Shown here piece by piece: positions 38,766 to 48,568 of a stretch of 64,000 nt of DNA. Where the stretch lies: contig OZ220691.1 in assembly GCA_965116475.1 (NCBI GenBank), positions 192,001 through 256,000 on the forward strand, read 5' to 3'. The DNA is from Gemmatimonadota bacterium. Lineage in GTDB: Bacteria > Gemmatimonadota > Gemmatimonadetes > Palauibacterales > Palauibacteraceae. The position numbers and the translations under genes are program-made. Numbering within the stretch: position 1 is the first letter of the stretch; each line of letters opens with the position of its first letter. A model generated the notes under the pieces. The model had not been told where the DNA came from. It did not search any database and worked only from the letters and a program-made list of their open reading frames with translations.

Positions 38766-39386
38766 ATGAGACCGAGGGCTGTCGCCGCCGAACTCGTGGG
38801 CACGTTTGCGCTCGCGCTGTCCGCCGCGATTTCCGTCAATCACCCCGGTTTTTCTGTCCCGGCGCCGGCGATGGCGGGACTCACGCTGGGGGTCCTCGTT
38901 CACCTGGTCGGGCCTGTCTCGGGGTGCCTGCTCAACCCGGCGGTGACGATCGCCATCTGGTCGATCGGCAGGCTCGAGGCGAAGGACGCCGGCTCGTTCA
39001 TCGCGGCGCAGTTTGCGGGGGCCGGGCTGGCCCTCGCCCTCGGAAGCGTCCTGTTCGCAGATCCGGTCCCGCTCCCCGTGGACGCGTCCGCCGGCACCGG
39101 CGTGGCCGAGATGCTGGGAGCTGCATTCCTCGCCTTCACGATCGGGGCCGTCTTCATGGGCCGCATCCCCGACCGGCTGACCGGCGCCGTCATCGGCGCG
39201 GCACTCGTCGTGGGAATCTCCTGGGCCGCGCACGGATCGAACGGAGTGCTCAATCCCGCGGTGGCCCTGGGGATCGGTTCCTTCTCGTTCCCCTACGTGT
39301 GGGGACCGGTCGTCGGCGCCCTGATCGGCGCGCATCTGTCCCGGTACGTGTGCGACCCGGGCGGCCGGACGACCCGGGTCGACTAA
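38766..39386 (+). CDS. MIP family channel (aquaporin)
   Basis: AELVGTF and two NPA motifs (LLNPAVT, VLNPAVA); hydrophobic helices. Confidence 0.9.
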   Translation: MRPRAVAAELVGTFALALSAAISVNHPGFSVPAPAMAGLTLGVLVHLVGPVSGCLLNPAVTIAIWSIGRLEAKDAGSFIAAQFAGAGLALALGSVLFADPVPLPVDASAGTGVAEMLGAAFLAFTIGAVFMGRIPDRLTGAVIGAALVVGISWAAHGSNGVLNPAVALGIGSFSFPYVWGPVVGALIGAHLSRYVCDPGGRTTRVD

Positions 39387-39799
39387 CCGCCCGTGGCCTG
39401 GCGGTCGGAGAGGTTCTCGCCCTCGGGCGGGTCCGGTGTTTCGCCCGCGGCGAGAGCGCGGTAGAAGGTGAGTCCGTTTCTGTCGAGGTCGTAGAAGGCG
39501 AACTCGCGCGTGCCCCAGGGCGTCCGCCGCAGGGCCGTGCGCTCGTGGAAAACCCCCAGGTCCCGGTATTCCTCGAACAGTTCCTCGACGTCGGGCACGA
39601 CGAAACGCAGCATGGGCCGCTCCACGCGGGACCACTCCTCCGCGTCGTGCCACTGCAGGTGCAACTCGATCCCGTCCCGCCGCACGCCGGCGTACCCCGG
39701 GTCGCGAGTCGAATCGGCGAACGCGAGTTCGAAGCCGAGCCGCCCGACGTAGAAGCCGATCGCCGCGGCCACATCCCGCGACGGAAGCACGGGCTGCAC
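39383..39799 (-). CDS. VOC/glyoxalase/bleomycin-resistance family protein (start uncertain)
   Basis: QPVLPSRDVAAAIGFYVGRLGF and TPWGTREFAFYDLDRNGLTF. Confidence 0.82.
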   Translation of the reverse strand: MQPVLPSRDVAAAIGFYVGRLGFELAFADSTRDPGYAGVRRDGIELHLQWHDAEEWSRVERPMLRFVVPDVEELFEEYRDLGVFHERTALRRTPWGTREFAFYDLDRNGLTFYRALAAGETPDPPEGENLSDRQATGG

Positions 39800-39831
39800 C
39801 GCTGCGAGGCGGGCCGTCCGCCCCTCGGCCG

Positions 39832-40905
39832 CTATCGGTAGTTCTCCATCAGGGCGTCCAGCGCCTCGGCGCCCGGGCACAACTCCTCGAAGGGGAGGTT
39901 CCACAGCGGCCGATCGACCGTCCCCAGCACGTCGTGCAGGTCCCTCGACTCCGGATCCACGTAGAGGAGCCCGGTCGGAACCTCGCCTGCGTTCTGCCGC
40001 TCGCGCAGGTAGCCGTACACGGCGTCCCTGTCCGTCGCGTCGTAGTCGCCCTCGACCTGCCGGAAGCGGATCACGCTGCCGTCGTGCATGCGGACGTCGC
40101 GTACGTCCTCGGAGCCGATATCGGCCGTGATCTCATCCGCCGGGGGGACGAAGTCCTTCGGGGCCACGAACGCGGCCTCGACCGCCTCGCGGAAGTGCTC
40201 GCGCGTGTAGGCGTAGCTTTTCGTCGACCCGACGTGGTCGTTGAAGGTCACGCACGGAGAGATGACATCGACGAGGGCCAGGCCCGGGTGCCGGATCCCG
40301 GCCTTGATGATGGGAACGAGCTGGTTCTTGTCGCCGGAGAAGCCGCGGGCCACGAAGGTCGCGCCGATCGAAAGCCCGAGCAGGGCCGGATCGATGGGGG
40401 GCTGTTCGTTCGGCACGCCCCGCTTCGACTTCGAGCCCATGTCGGCCGAGGCCGAGAACTGGCCCTTCGTCAGGCCGTAGACCCCGTTGTTCTCGATGAT
40501 GTAGAGGAGATTGAGGTTGCGCCGCACCGCGTGGCAGAGCTGGCCGAGGCCGATCGAGAGCGAGTCCCCGTCGCCGGAGACGCCTATGTAGACGAGGTCG
40601 CGGTTCGCGGCGTTCGCCCCGCTCGCGACCGACGGCATGCGCCCGTGCACGCTGTTGAAGCCGTGCGATTCGGACATGAAGTAGGCGGTCGTCTTGGACG
40701 AACAGCCGATCCCGCTCATCTTCGCGGCCCGGTGCGTGGGGATCGCAAGCTCCCACGCCGCTTCGATCAGCGCCGCCGTGACGGAGTCGTGGCCGCACCC
40801 CGCGCACAGCGTGGACATCACGCCCTCGTAGTCGCGGCGCGTGAGCCCCAGTTCGTTCTTCTCCAGACTCGGGTGGAAGACCCGCGGCTTCGCAATGTAC
40901 GTCAT
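39832..40905 (-). CDS. korB: 2-oxoacid:ferredoxin oxidoreductase beta subunit
   Basis: LCAGCGH, SGIGCS, HGRMP, TPP motif SGDGDS...NNGVYGLTKGQ, and SPCVTF. Confidence 0.93.
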   Translation of the reverse strand: MTYIAKPRVFHPSLEKNELGLTRRDYEGVMSTLCAGCGHDSVTAALIEAAWELAIPTHRAAKMSGIGCSSKTTAYFMSESHGFNSVHGRMPSVASGANAANRDLVYIGVSGDGDSLSIGLGQLCHAVRRNLNLLYIIENNGVYGLTKGQFSASADMGSKSKRGVPNEQPPIDPALLGLSIGATFVARGFSGDKNQLVPIIKAGIRHPGLALVDVISPCVTFNDHVGSTKSYAYTREHFREAVEAAFVAPKDFVPPADEITADIGSEDVRDVRMHDGSVIRFRQVEGDYDATDRDAVYGYLRERQNAGEVPTGLLYVDPESRDLHDVLGTVDRPLWNLPFEELCPGAEALDALMENYR

Positions 40906-42743
40906 GCACCCACTCCTTCGGCCGTCTCCACCGCGAGACCGAGGCGGTCTTTAACGCCCGCGATGACGTGTCGCGCGCTCAGCGGGAGCCCCCCGTAGCG
41001 GAGGACCGACGTGAGCTTCTCCTTCGAGGCCGGCGTCTCCAGCGTGAGCAGCGACTTCAACTGCGCGTCCCGGTTCTGTTCGATGACGATGTTGAGGTCG
41101 TGGGCCTCGATGAAGCGCGCGATTTCGGGCGCGAACGGGAACCCGCGGATCCGCATGTAGTCGAGCCGGAGCCCGTCCTCCGCCTCCATGCGCTCGATGG
41201 CCTCCCGCGCCGCGCCGTCGCAGGCGCCCACCGTGATGAGTCCGTATCGCGCGTCCGGCCGCGACCGGATCTCGGGGGGAGGCACGGCTTCCGCCGCGCT
41301 GTCGATCTTCTCGCCGATGCGATCGATGACTTCCTGGTATTCGTCCGGATCCTCGGTGTACTTGCCGTACTTCGTGTGGCCGGAGCCGCGCGTGAAGTAG
41401 GCGCCCTTCGGATGCTCGCCCGGGATTGTGCGATACGGAATCCCGTCCCCGTCCACGTCCAGGTACCGATAGAAGGTCTCGACCTCCGCCAGCGCCTCGG
41501 CGTCGAGCACCTTCCCGCGATCCGGCCGGTACTCGTCATCCCACCGGAAGCGGGGCACGACCCAGTCGTTCATCCCGATGTCGAGGTCCGAGAGCACGAA
41601 CACGGGCGTCTGGAAGCGTTCCGCCAGGTCGAACGCCTGTACGCTGAACTCGAAGCACTCCGCCGGATCCTTCGGATACAGGCAGAGGTGCTTCGTGTCC
41701 CCGTGCGAGGCGTAGGCGCAGAGGAGGATGTCGCCCTGCTGCGTGCGCGTCGGCATCCCGGTCGACGGGCCGACGCGCTCGATGTCGAAGAAGACGCACG
41801 GGACTTCGGCGTAGTACGCGAGCCCGATGAACTCGGTCATGAGCGAGATGCCGGCCCCGCTCGTCGCCGTGAAGGCGCGGGCTCCGGCCCACCCCGCGCC
41901 GATCGTGATGCCGGCCGCCGCGAGTTCGTCCTCCGCCTGCAGGATCGCCGCCCGGCTCCGTCCCGTCTCCTCCTCGACGCGCAGACGCCGGCAATAGGCC
42001 GTGAAGGCGTCGACGAGCGAGGTCGAGGGCGTGATCGGATACCACGCCGCGACCGTGGCGCCCGCGTAGACGCAGCCCAGCGCCGCCGCCGTGTTGCCGT
42101 CGATCAGGATCGAGTCGCGCGTGGCATCCATCCCCTCGAGCCGGATCGGCAGGGGGCACTCGAAGTTCTCGGCCGCGTAGTCGTAGCCGAGCCGGATCGC
42201 CTTGAAGTTCGCGTCGAGCAGATGACGCTTCTTCTCGCCGAAGGTCTCCTCGAGCAGTTCCCGGATCACATCCATGTCGATGTCGAGGAGGGCGGCGAGG
42301 GCGCCCGTGTAAGCGATGTTCTTCATCAGGATGCGCGTGCGGCCGCCGTCGAAGGTCTTCACGCACATCTCGGCCAGCGGCACGCCGAGGAAGGTCACTT
42401 CCTCCCGCCGCAGCGTGTCCGCCATGGGCCAGCTCGAGTCGTACAGCAGCCAGCCGCCGGGCACGAGTTCCTCGATGTCCTGCGAGTAGGTCTCCGGGTT
42501 CATCGCCACGATGAGGTCGAAATCCGGGGTGCGCGCGACGTGGCCCGACCCGTTCACGCGGATCTCGTACCAGGTGGGAAGGCCCTGGATGTTCGAGGGG
42601 AAGACGTTTTTCCCGGATACCGGCACGCCCATCCGAAAGATCGACTGCATGATGAGGCCGTTGGCGCTCGCGGAGCCCGTCCCGTTCACGGTGCCGATCT
42701 TGAGCGCGAAGTCGTTCACGCGGTCCGTCTTCATGTCGGCCAT
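40902..42743 (-). CDS. korA: 2-oxoacid:acceptor oxidoreductase alpha subunit (gamma-alpha fusion)
   Basis: WYPITPS, QAEDELAA, TATSGAG and RVGPSTGMPT. Confidence 0.93.
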   Translation of the reverse strand: MADMKTDRVNDFALKIGTVNGTGSASANGLIMQSIFRMGVPVSGKNVFPSNIQGLPTWYEIRVNGSGHVARTPDFDLIVAMNPETYSQDIEELVPGGWLLYDSSWPMADTLRREEVTFLGVPLAEMCVKTFDGGRTRILMKNIAYTGALAALLDIDMDVIRELLEETFGEKKRHLLDANFKAIRLGYDYAAENFECPLPIRLEGMDATRDSILIDGNTAAALGCVYAGATVAAWYPITPSTSLVDAFTAYCRRLRVEEETGRSRAAILQAEDELAAAGITIGAGWAGARAFTATSGAGISLMTEFIGLAYYAEVPCVFFDIERVGPSTGMPTRTQQGDILLCAYASHGDTKHLCLYPKDPAECFEFSVQAFDLAERFQTPVFVLSDLDIGMNDWVVPRFRWDDEYRPDRGKVLDAEALAEVETFYRYLDVDGDGIPYRTIPGEHPKGAYFTRGSGHTKYGKYTEDPDEYQEVIDRIGEKIDSAAEAVPPPEIRSRPDARYGLITVGACDGAAREAIERMEAEDGLRLDYMRIRGFPFAPEIARFIEAHDLNIVIEQNRDAQLKSLLTLETPASKEKLTSVLRYGGLPLSARHVIAGVKDRLGLAVETAEGVGA

Positions 42744-42753
42744 TCCGTCTCCG

Positions 42754-44592
42754 TCAGGGAGTCACCGACACGAAACCGCCCGGCGCCATCTCCTCGATCC
42801 CCAGCCCGGAATAGGGATGGTCCGCATCCTGACCCGCGTAGGGCTTGAGCAGATCGAAGGTCCGCATGTCCCAGGCCGCCGTCGGACAGCGCTCCGCGCA
42901 CAACCCGCAGTGAATGCACAGGTCCTCGTCCTTCACCATGGCGCGGGCCGTGTGCGGCAGCGGCTCGGAGACGTAGATGTCCTGCTCCGTGTTCTCGGCG
43001 GGCGCGAGCAGTCGGGTGCGGAGGTCCGCTTCCTCTCCGTTGTGCGTGATCGTGAGACAATTGAGGGGACAGATGTCGATGCAGGCGTCGCACTCGATGC
43101 ACAGGCTCCCCGTGAAGTGCGTCTGGATGTCGCAATTCAGGCAGCGCTCGACCTCGGTCAGCGTCTGCTCGAGGTCGAACCCCTCCTCGACTTCCGTCTC
43201 GATGCTCCGGAGGCGCTCCTCCAGGCGGACGTGCCGCATCTTCCGCCGGCCGGCGTACTCGTAGTCGTTCGAGTAGCTCCACTCGTGGAGGCCCATCTTG
43301 GCGCTCACGAGGTTCATGTGCTCGGGCGGACGCTTCCGGACGTCCTCCCCGCTGCAGTAGGCGTGGATGGAAATCGCCGCCTGGTGCCCGTGCTCGGCCG
43401 CCCAGATGATGTTCTCGGGCCCCCACGCCGCGTCGCCGCCGAAGAAGACGCCCTCGCGCGTCGACATGAACGTCGTCCGGTCTACGACCGCTTCCCGCCA
43501 CTTGTTGAACTCGATCCCCGCATCGTCCTCGATCCAGGGGAAGGCGGTCTCCTGCCCGATGGCGAGGATGACGGCATCCGCCGGGAAGAACGCCTCGTCG
43601 AGCTTGGTGGACACGAGCCGGCCCTGGTCGTTCTCGTGCCATTCCACGATGTCGAAGTTCATCCCCCTGAGAACACCGTCCTCGACGACGAACTCCGTGG
43701 GCGAGTGGTTCTCGACGATGTCGACGAGTTCCTCCTCCGCATCCTCCAGCTCCCACGGGGAGGCCTTGAAGTACGGCTTGGACTTGCGGGCCATGACCTT
43801 GACGTTCGTCCCGCCGATCCGCTTCGAGGTGCGGCAGCAGTCCATGGCCGTGTTCCCCACGCCGATGACGAGCACGTTCTGCTCGATCGAGTTCGTGTGC
43901 CCGAAGGCGACGGATTCGAGCCAGTCGATGCCGATGTAGATGCGGTCCGTATCGTACCGGCCCGGCAGGCGCAGCTCCTTGCCGCGCGGCGCGCCGGAGC
44001 CGACGAAGACGGCATCGAAGCCCTGCTCCAGCAGCCACTTCATGCTCTCGACGGGCGCGTTGTACCGAATGTCCACGCCCATGTCGAGGATGTAGTCGAT
44101 TTCCTCCCACAGCACTTCAGGGGGCAGGCGGAACTGCGGAATGTTCGTCCACATGAGGCCGCCCGGCCGGTCGTTCTTCTCGAAGATCGTGACCTCGTAG
44201 CCGAGGGGCATGAGGTCGCGGGCGACGGTCAGCGACGCGGGGCCCGCGCCCACGCAGGCGATCCGCTTCCCGTTCTTCTGCTTCGGGATCTCCGGGAAGC
44301 GGGGCGTGATGTCGCCTCGGAGGTCGGCGGCGACGCGCTTGAGGCGGCAGATCGCGACCGGCTTGTCCTCGACCCGGCCGCGCCGGCAGGCGGGCTCGCA
44401 GGGGCGGTCGCACGTCCTGCCGAGGATGCCCGGGAAGACGTTCGACTCCCAGTTGAGCATGTAGGCGTCGTCGTACCGCTCCTGGGCGATGAGGCGGATG
44501 TAACCCGGTACGTTGGTGTGAGCCGGGCAGGCCCACTGGCAATCCACGACTTTGTGGTAGTAGTCGGGATTCTCGACGTTCGTTGGCTCCAC
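42754..44592 (-). CDS. GltD-like FAD/NAD(P) Fe-S oxidoreductase with C-terminal ferredoxin domains
   Basis: GTG start with AGGAGA RBS; CQWACP, GRTCDRPCEPAC, GAGPAS, GVGNTAMD, CIECDACIDICP and CIHCGLCAERCP. Confidence 0.9.
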   Translation of the reverse strand: MEPTNVENPDYYHKVVDCQWACPAHTNVPGYIRLIAQERYDDAYMLNWESNVFPGILGRTCDRPCEPACRRGRVEDKPVAICRLKRVAADLRGDITPRFPEIPKQKNGKRIACVGAGPASLTVARDLMPLGYEVTIFEKNDRPGGLMWTNIPQFRLPPEVLWEEIDYILDMGVDIRYNAPVESMKWLLEQGFDAVFVGSGAPRGKELRLPGRYDTDRIYIGIDWLESVAFGHTNSIEQNVLVIGVGNTAMDCCRTSKRIGGTNVKVMARKSKPYFKASPWELEDAEEELVDIVENHSPTEFVVEDGVLRGMNFDIVEWHENDQGRLVSTKLDEAFFPADAVILAIGQETAFPWIEDDAGIEFNKWREAVVDRTTFMSTREGVFFGGDAAWGPENIIWAAEHGHQAAISIHAYCSGEDVRKRPPEHMNLVSAKMGLHEWSYSNDYEYAGRRKMRHVRLEERLRSIETEVEEGFDLEQTLTEVERCLNCDIQTHFTGSLCIECDACIDICPLNCLTITHNGEEADLRTRLLAPAENTEQDIYVSEPLPHTARAMVKDEDLCIHCGLCAERCPTAAWDMRTFDLLKPYAGQDADHPYSGLGIEEMAPGGFVSVTP

Positions 44593-44807
44593 CGTCTCTC
44601 CTCGGGCCGACCCCGCCCGACAACCCCACGGCTCCCCGACCCGTGAGTCGCTTGGTGAGATAACCGTCCGCAATCCTAGGGGACGAGGGGAATTGTCGCC
44701 AGTTTTACGGGTGGCGGGCGGCTGGCGGCCGGGTGCCGGCCGGGCGGCGGCGGCGTGGCAGCCGGCGGATCGTTGCTGTGGCGGCCGGGGCCGCGGAAGT
44801 TGAACCC

Positions 44808-46052
44808 ATGCAAGAGCAGCCCGTGCACACGGTTGTCGGAGGGGCTCACCTCTTCCGGCGCGATACGGCGGCCAAGCTCGGACGGATCGCGGGACGCTAT
44901 CTCGACCGGTACGCGGCGGACCCTGCCGCCCTCCGGGAGGCCCTCGGGACTCGGCTCCCCTCCGGGACGGCGGAAGCGGTGCACCGGCGCGTGCGCGCCA
45001 AGCTCCAACGCGAACCGGTCGAGAGCTTCCTGATCGACTTCGAAGATGGCTTCGGCGCCCGGTCCGAGGCGGAAGAAGACGAGGCGGCGGCGCTGGCGGC
45101 AGCGGAAGTCGCGGCGGGGGCGGCGGCCGGCAGCCTCCCGCCCTCGCTGGGAATCCGCATCAAGTCGCTGTCCGAAGTCACCGGCGAGCGGGCGTTGCGC
45201 ACGCTCGAGCGCTTCCTGGCGGCACTCGCGCGGACCCGGCGCGACTTGCCGGACGGGTTCACCGTGCTCCTTCCGAAGGTCGTCGCGGCCGGTCAGGTGG
45301 CGAGGCTCGCCGGGGCCCTGGACCGGCTCGAGACGACGCTCGGGCTGCCGGAGAAGCGGGTGGCGATCGACCTCATGATCGAAACGCCGCAGTCACTGGT
45401 GGCGCCGGACGGACGGATCGCCGTGCCCGGGCTGGTCGCGGCGACGGACGGGCGCTGCCGCACCGTGCACCTCGGAGCGTACGACCTCACGGGCGCCGCC
45501 GCGGTCGCGGCGGAAGATCAGACCCTGGGGCACCCGCTGTGCGACGTGGCGAGGCAGCTTCTGCAGCTCTCGCTCGCCGGGACCGGCGTCCAGCTCTCGG
45601 ATGGGGCGACGAACGTGCTCCCCGTCGAACCGCATCGTGGAGAGACCGACGTCTCGCCGGCCGAGCGGGCGGAAAACAGGGCCGTCGTGCACGACGCCTG
45701 GCGCCTGCACTACGCCGATGTGCGGCGGTCTCTGAGCCAGGGGTTCTATCAGAGTTGGGACCTCCACCCGGCCCAGCTCGTCTCCCGCTACGCGGCCGTC
45801 TTCTCCTTCTTCGTCGAAGGACTGGACGCGGCGGCGAGCCGGCTCGACCGCTTCGTGGCCGCCGCGGGACGGGCCGTCCTGACGGGATCGGTGTTCGACG
45901 ATGAAGCCTCGGGCCAGGGCCTGCTGAACTTCTTTCTCCGGGGGCTCGCGAGCGGCGCCCTGACGGCGGAGGAGGCGGCGCGCTCCGGCCTCACCGCCGC
46001 GGAACTCGAGACGCGCTCCTTCCGCAAGATCCTCGAGCGGCGCCGCGGGTGA
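44808..46052 (+). CDS. HpcH/HpaI aldolase/citrate lyase (PEP-kinase fold) family protein
   Basis: QPVHTVVGGAHLF, IDFEDGFG, LMIETP, LSDGATN and QSWDLHPAQL. Confidence 0.75.
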   Translation: MQEQPVHTVVGGAHLFRRDTAAKLGRIAGRYLDRYAADPAALREALGTRLPSGTAEAVHRRVRAKLQREPVESFLIDFEDGFGARSEAEEDEAAALAAAEVAAGAAAGSLPPSLGIRIKSLSEVTGERALRTLERFLAALARTRRDLPDGFTVLLPKVVAAGQVARLAGALDRLETTLGLPEKRVAIDLMIETPQSLVAPDGRIAVPGLVAATDGRCRTVHLGAYDLTGAAAVAAEDQTLGHPLCDVARQLLQLSLAGTGVQLSDGATNVLPVEPHRGETDVSPAERAENRAVVHDAWRLHYADVRRSLSQGFYQSWDLHPAQLVSRYAAVFSFFVEGLDAAASRLDRFVAAAGRAVLTGSVFDDEASGQGLLNFFLRGLASGALTAEEAARSGLTAAELETRSFRKILERRRG

Positions 46053-47035
46053 TCGCGGCCTGGATCGAGCGCGGCGCCGTCCACGTGCGCGACGACCTCC
46101 CGCGGCCCGCTCCAGGGCCCGGGGAGGCCGTCATCCGGGTCCTGATGGCGGGGATCTGCGGGACGGACCTGGAGTTGCTGCGCGGATACGGCGACTTCTC
46201 TGGGATTCCGGGGCACGAGTTCGTCGGACGCGTGGAGGAGGGGCCGCCGGAGTGGGTTGGCGCCCGCGTCGTCGCCGAGATCAACGTGACCTGCCGCTCG
46301 CGAAGCTTCGAACCTCTCTGTGCCAGTTGTGCCAACAGCCGGCCGACCCACTGCCTTCGCCGCGAGGCGATCGGCATCCACGGGCGCGACGGCGCGTTCG
46401 CCGAATGGCTGCGGGCGCCGGTCGCCAACCTGCATCGCGTGCCGGAGCCGGTTCCGGACGAGGTGGCCGTGTTCGCGGAACCGATGGCGGCCGCCTGCCG
46501 CGTCCTGCGCCAGATAGAGACCGGGATCGAGCGTGGCCGCGTGAACCGGGCGCTCGTCGTGGGCGCGGGACGGCTGGGGCAACTCGTGGCGCGCGTGCTG
46601 GCGATCAGGGTGCCGGCGCTGGAGGTCGCCGGTCGTTCGGAGCGGAATCTGGCCCGGGCCCGAGCTGCCGGCCTCGTCGCGGGGCCGGTCACCGCCGTGG
46701 AGGATGCGGCCTACGACCTCGTCATCGAATGCAGCGGCGCGGCGGCCGGGTTTGCGGTTGCCCGCCGAGCCGTTCGGCCGCGCGGAACGATCATCCTCAA
46801 GAGTACATACGAAAACGAGTTATCCGTCGACATCTCATCCGTCGTAGTAGATGAGATACGGCTCCTCGGCTCGCGGTGCGGGCCCTTCGAGGACGCCCTG
46901 TCCGCACTGGAGCGAAGGGATCTTGAGGTCCGCGATCTCATCGACGACCGGCTCCCGCTCTCGGCCGCCCCGGAGGCCTTCGACCGGGCGGCGCAGGCGG
47001 GAATCGCGAAGGTGCTCCTCGTCCCCTGGCTGTAG
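46049..47035 (+). CDS. Zn-dependent medium-chain dehydrogenase
   Basis: GICGTD, GHEFVG, structural Cys cluster C..CASC...C, and GAGRLG. Confidence 0.9.
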   Translation: MIAAWIERGAVHVRDDLPRPAPGPGEAVIRVLMAGICGTDLELLRGYGDFSGIPGHEFVGRVEEGPPEWVGARVVAEINVTCRSRSFEPLCASCANSRPTHCLRREAIGIHGRDGAFAEWLRAPVANLHRVPEPVPDEVAVFAEPMAAACRVLRQIETGIERGRVNRALVVGAGRLGQLVARVLAIRVPALEVAGRSERNLARARAAGLVAGPVTAVEDAAYDLVIECSGAAAGFAVARRAVRPRGTIILKSTYENELSVDISSVVVDEIRLLGSRCGPFEDALSALERRDLEVRDLIDDRLPLSAAPEAFDRAAQAGIAKVLLVPWL

Positions 47036-47107
47036 ATGCCACGGACGTTGGCGGCCCTCACGCCGATCCCCTCCTGCCGGTGCTCGACGCGATCTCAGCG
47101 CCCGAAA

Positions 47108-47129
47108 ACGTTCCCGCGGGAACGCGGGC
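47108..47129. repeat. Palindromic intergenic element, copy 2
   Basis: Identical to 8791-8812 and also lies between convergent genes. Confidence 0.8.
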
Positions 47130-47147
47130 GGCCAGCCACCGCCGGAT

Positions 47148-48458
47148 TCAGTCGGAGAGTCGGACGGCGCCGACGCGGACGGGGCGGACGCGGACGCCGC
47201 CGCCCTCGCCGGGGATCGTCCACGCGAACAGGAGTTCGTCCCCCATCCGCACCATGCGCGGGAACCCGCTCGAGCGCTCGCCGGCAGTCTCGGAGATCAG
47301 AAGCGGCGTCCCGAGCGACCCGTCCGGATCGACCCGCCGGGCGAGGACGCGCGGTGTGTCGTTGGAAGCCTCCAGCCATACCACCACGGCCGAGCCGTCG
47401 TCGAGGCGTTCGATGTCTACGCGCCCCAGCGGCAGCCCCTCATCGACCCGGATCCGCGGGCCGAAGGTTGCGCCACCGTCATCCGAGAACGCGGCGTACA
47501 CCTGCGGGGCGCCATCGACGCCCGTGTACCACGCCGCGCCGAGGATCCGGTCGTCGCCGCTCAACTGCGGTCCGTTCACGGGACAGCCCGGGATGACCCA
47601 GCCGTCGGTGGACAGGGCCACGGGCTCGGTCCAGCGCTCCCCCGCCCCGCGAACGACGGCGATGTCGCGAACCTCGGATTCGCTCCGGTCGCGGTAGGCG
47701 GCCACGAGGCCTTCGCCCACGCGGGCCAGTGCGGTCTGGCAGCACTCGCACGTGCGGTCGTCGAGCAGCACCTCCGGGCCGAGATGGCCATCCGGGGCGA
47801 GCGTGCGGAAGCGGACGGACATCGCCCCGCGCTCGCCCACTCCGCCTCCGGCCACGTGCTCTCCGCCGGCGGCGACGTGGCCCGCCATGGCGCGGGCGTC
47901 GAGCCAGGTCAGCCCCGCGCCGTCACCCCACGGCACCATCGACACGAAGCCGTGCTCGGTCGGCGACGCGTCATCGTGCGCCCGGAACGGCTCCGACCAG
48001 GTCGCTCCATCATCGGAGGAAAGCGCCAGCATCACGTGGTAGGCGTAGGGCGCGTCGGCGACCTTCTCCAGCCAGTGAACGGCGAGCGTCCCGTCCCGCA
48101 TCTCCACCGAGGACGGAAAGTCGGCCCAGTTCACAAACATGTCGTCCGACGCCCACACGGTCCGCGGCTCGGACCAGCCGCCCTCCCCGCGAATCGCCAG
48201 GCGCAACGCGGGTACGCCCTCCTCGGGCTCGATCCACGTCAGGATGGCGCGACCCCCGGCCCCGACCGACAGGTACGGCTCGCCGCTGGGTGTCGGCCGG
48301 TCGAACTCGACGTCGCCCGCCTCCAGCCACACCTGCGCTCCCCCGCCGCCGGAGCACCCGCCCAGGCATGCGCCGAGGAGGGCCGCCACGGCGAGGGAAC
48401 GGATTCGCCCGGGACCGAACCGGACACGGATGCGCGTATCGGCTTCGGACATTCTCAT
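47148..48458 (-). CDS. BNR/Asp-box (sialidase-like fold) lipoprotein
   Basis: Lipobox-like LGGC; Asp-boxes SSDDGATW and SDDGGATF; VNWADFP, TCECCQT and GCPVNGP. Confidence 0.82.
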   Translation of the reverse strand: MRMSEADTRIRVRFGPGRIRSLAVAALLGACLGGCSGGGGAQVWLEAGDVEFDRPTPSGEPYLSVGAGGRAILTWIEPEEGVPALRLAIRGEGGWSEPRTVWASDDMFVNWADFPSSVEMRDGTLAVHWLEKVADAPYAYHVMLALSSDDGATWSEPFRAHDDASPTEHGFVSMVPWGDGAGLTWLDARAMAGHVAAGGEHVAGGGVGERGAMSVRFRTLAPDGHLGPEVLLDDRTCECCQTALARVGEGLVAAYRDRSESEVRDIAVVRGAGERWTEPVALSTDGWVIPGCPVNGPQLSGDDRILGAAWYTGVDGAPQVYAAFSDDGGATFGPRIRVDEGLPLGRVDIERLDDGSAVVVWLEASNDTPRVLARRVDPDGSLGTPLLISETAGERSSGFPRMVRMGDELLFAWTIPGEGGGVRVRPVRVGAVRLSD

Positions 48459-48496
48459 CTCCCCTGGTTGAAGCCGTATGATACATGCCCAACGCG

Positions 48497-48551
48497 CAGC
48501 AGAGAACCAGCAGAGAACCCGCAGAGAACCCGCGGAGAACCCGCGGAGCAC
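48497..48551. repeat. 11-bp tandem repeat x5 (C[A/C]GC[A/G]GAG[A/C]AC)
   Basis: cagcagagaac-cagcagagaac-ccgcagagaac-ccgcggagaac-ccgcggagcac in a divergent intergenic gap. Confidence 0.9.
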
Positions 48552-48568
48552 CAGCGACGGGAGGCCAG

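Noticed and set aside
46790-46870. AT-richer patch inside the Zn dehydrogenase gene
   Set aside because: It encodes the conserved ILKST...VVVDEI segment in frame, with no sign of an insertion.
48497-48551. Possible CRISPR array (also considered for the 22-bp palindromic element)
   Set aside because: No unique spacers, units too short or isolated, and no cas genes in the window.
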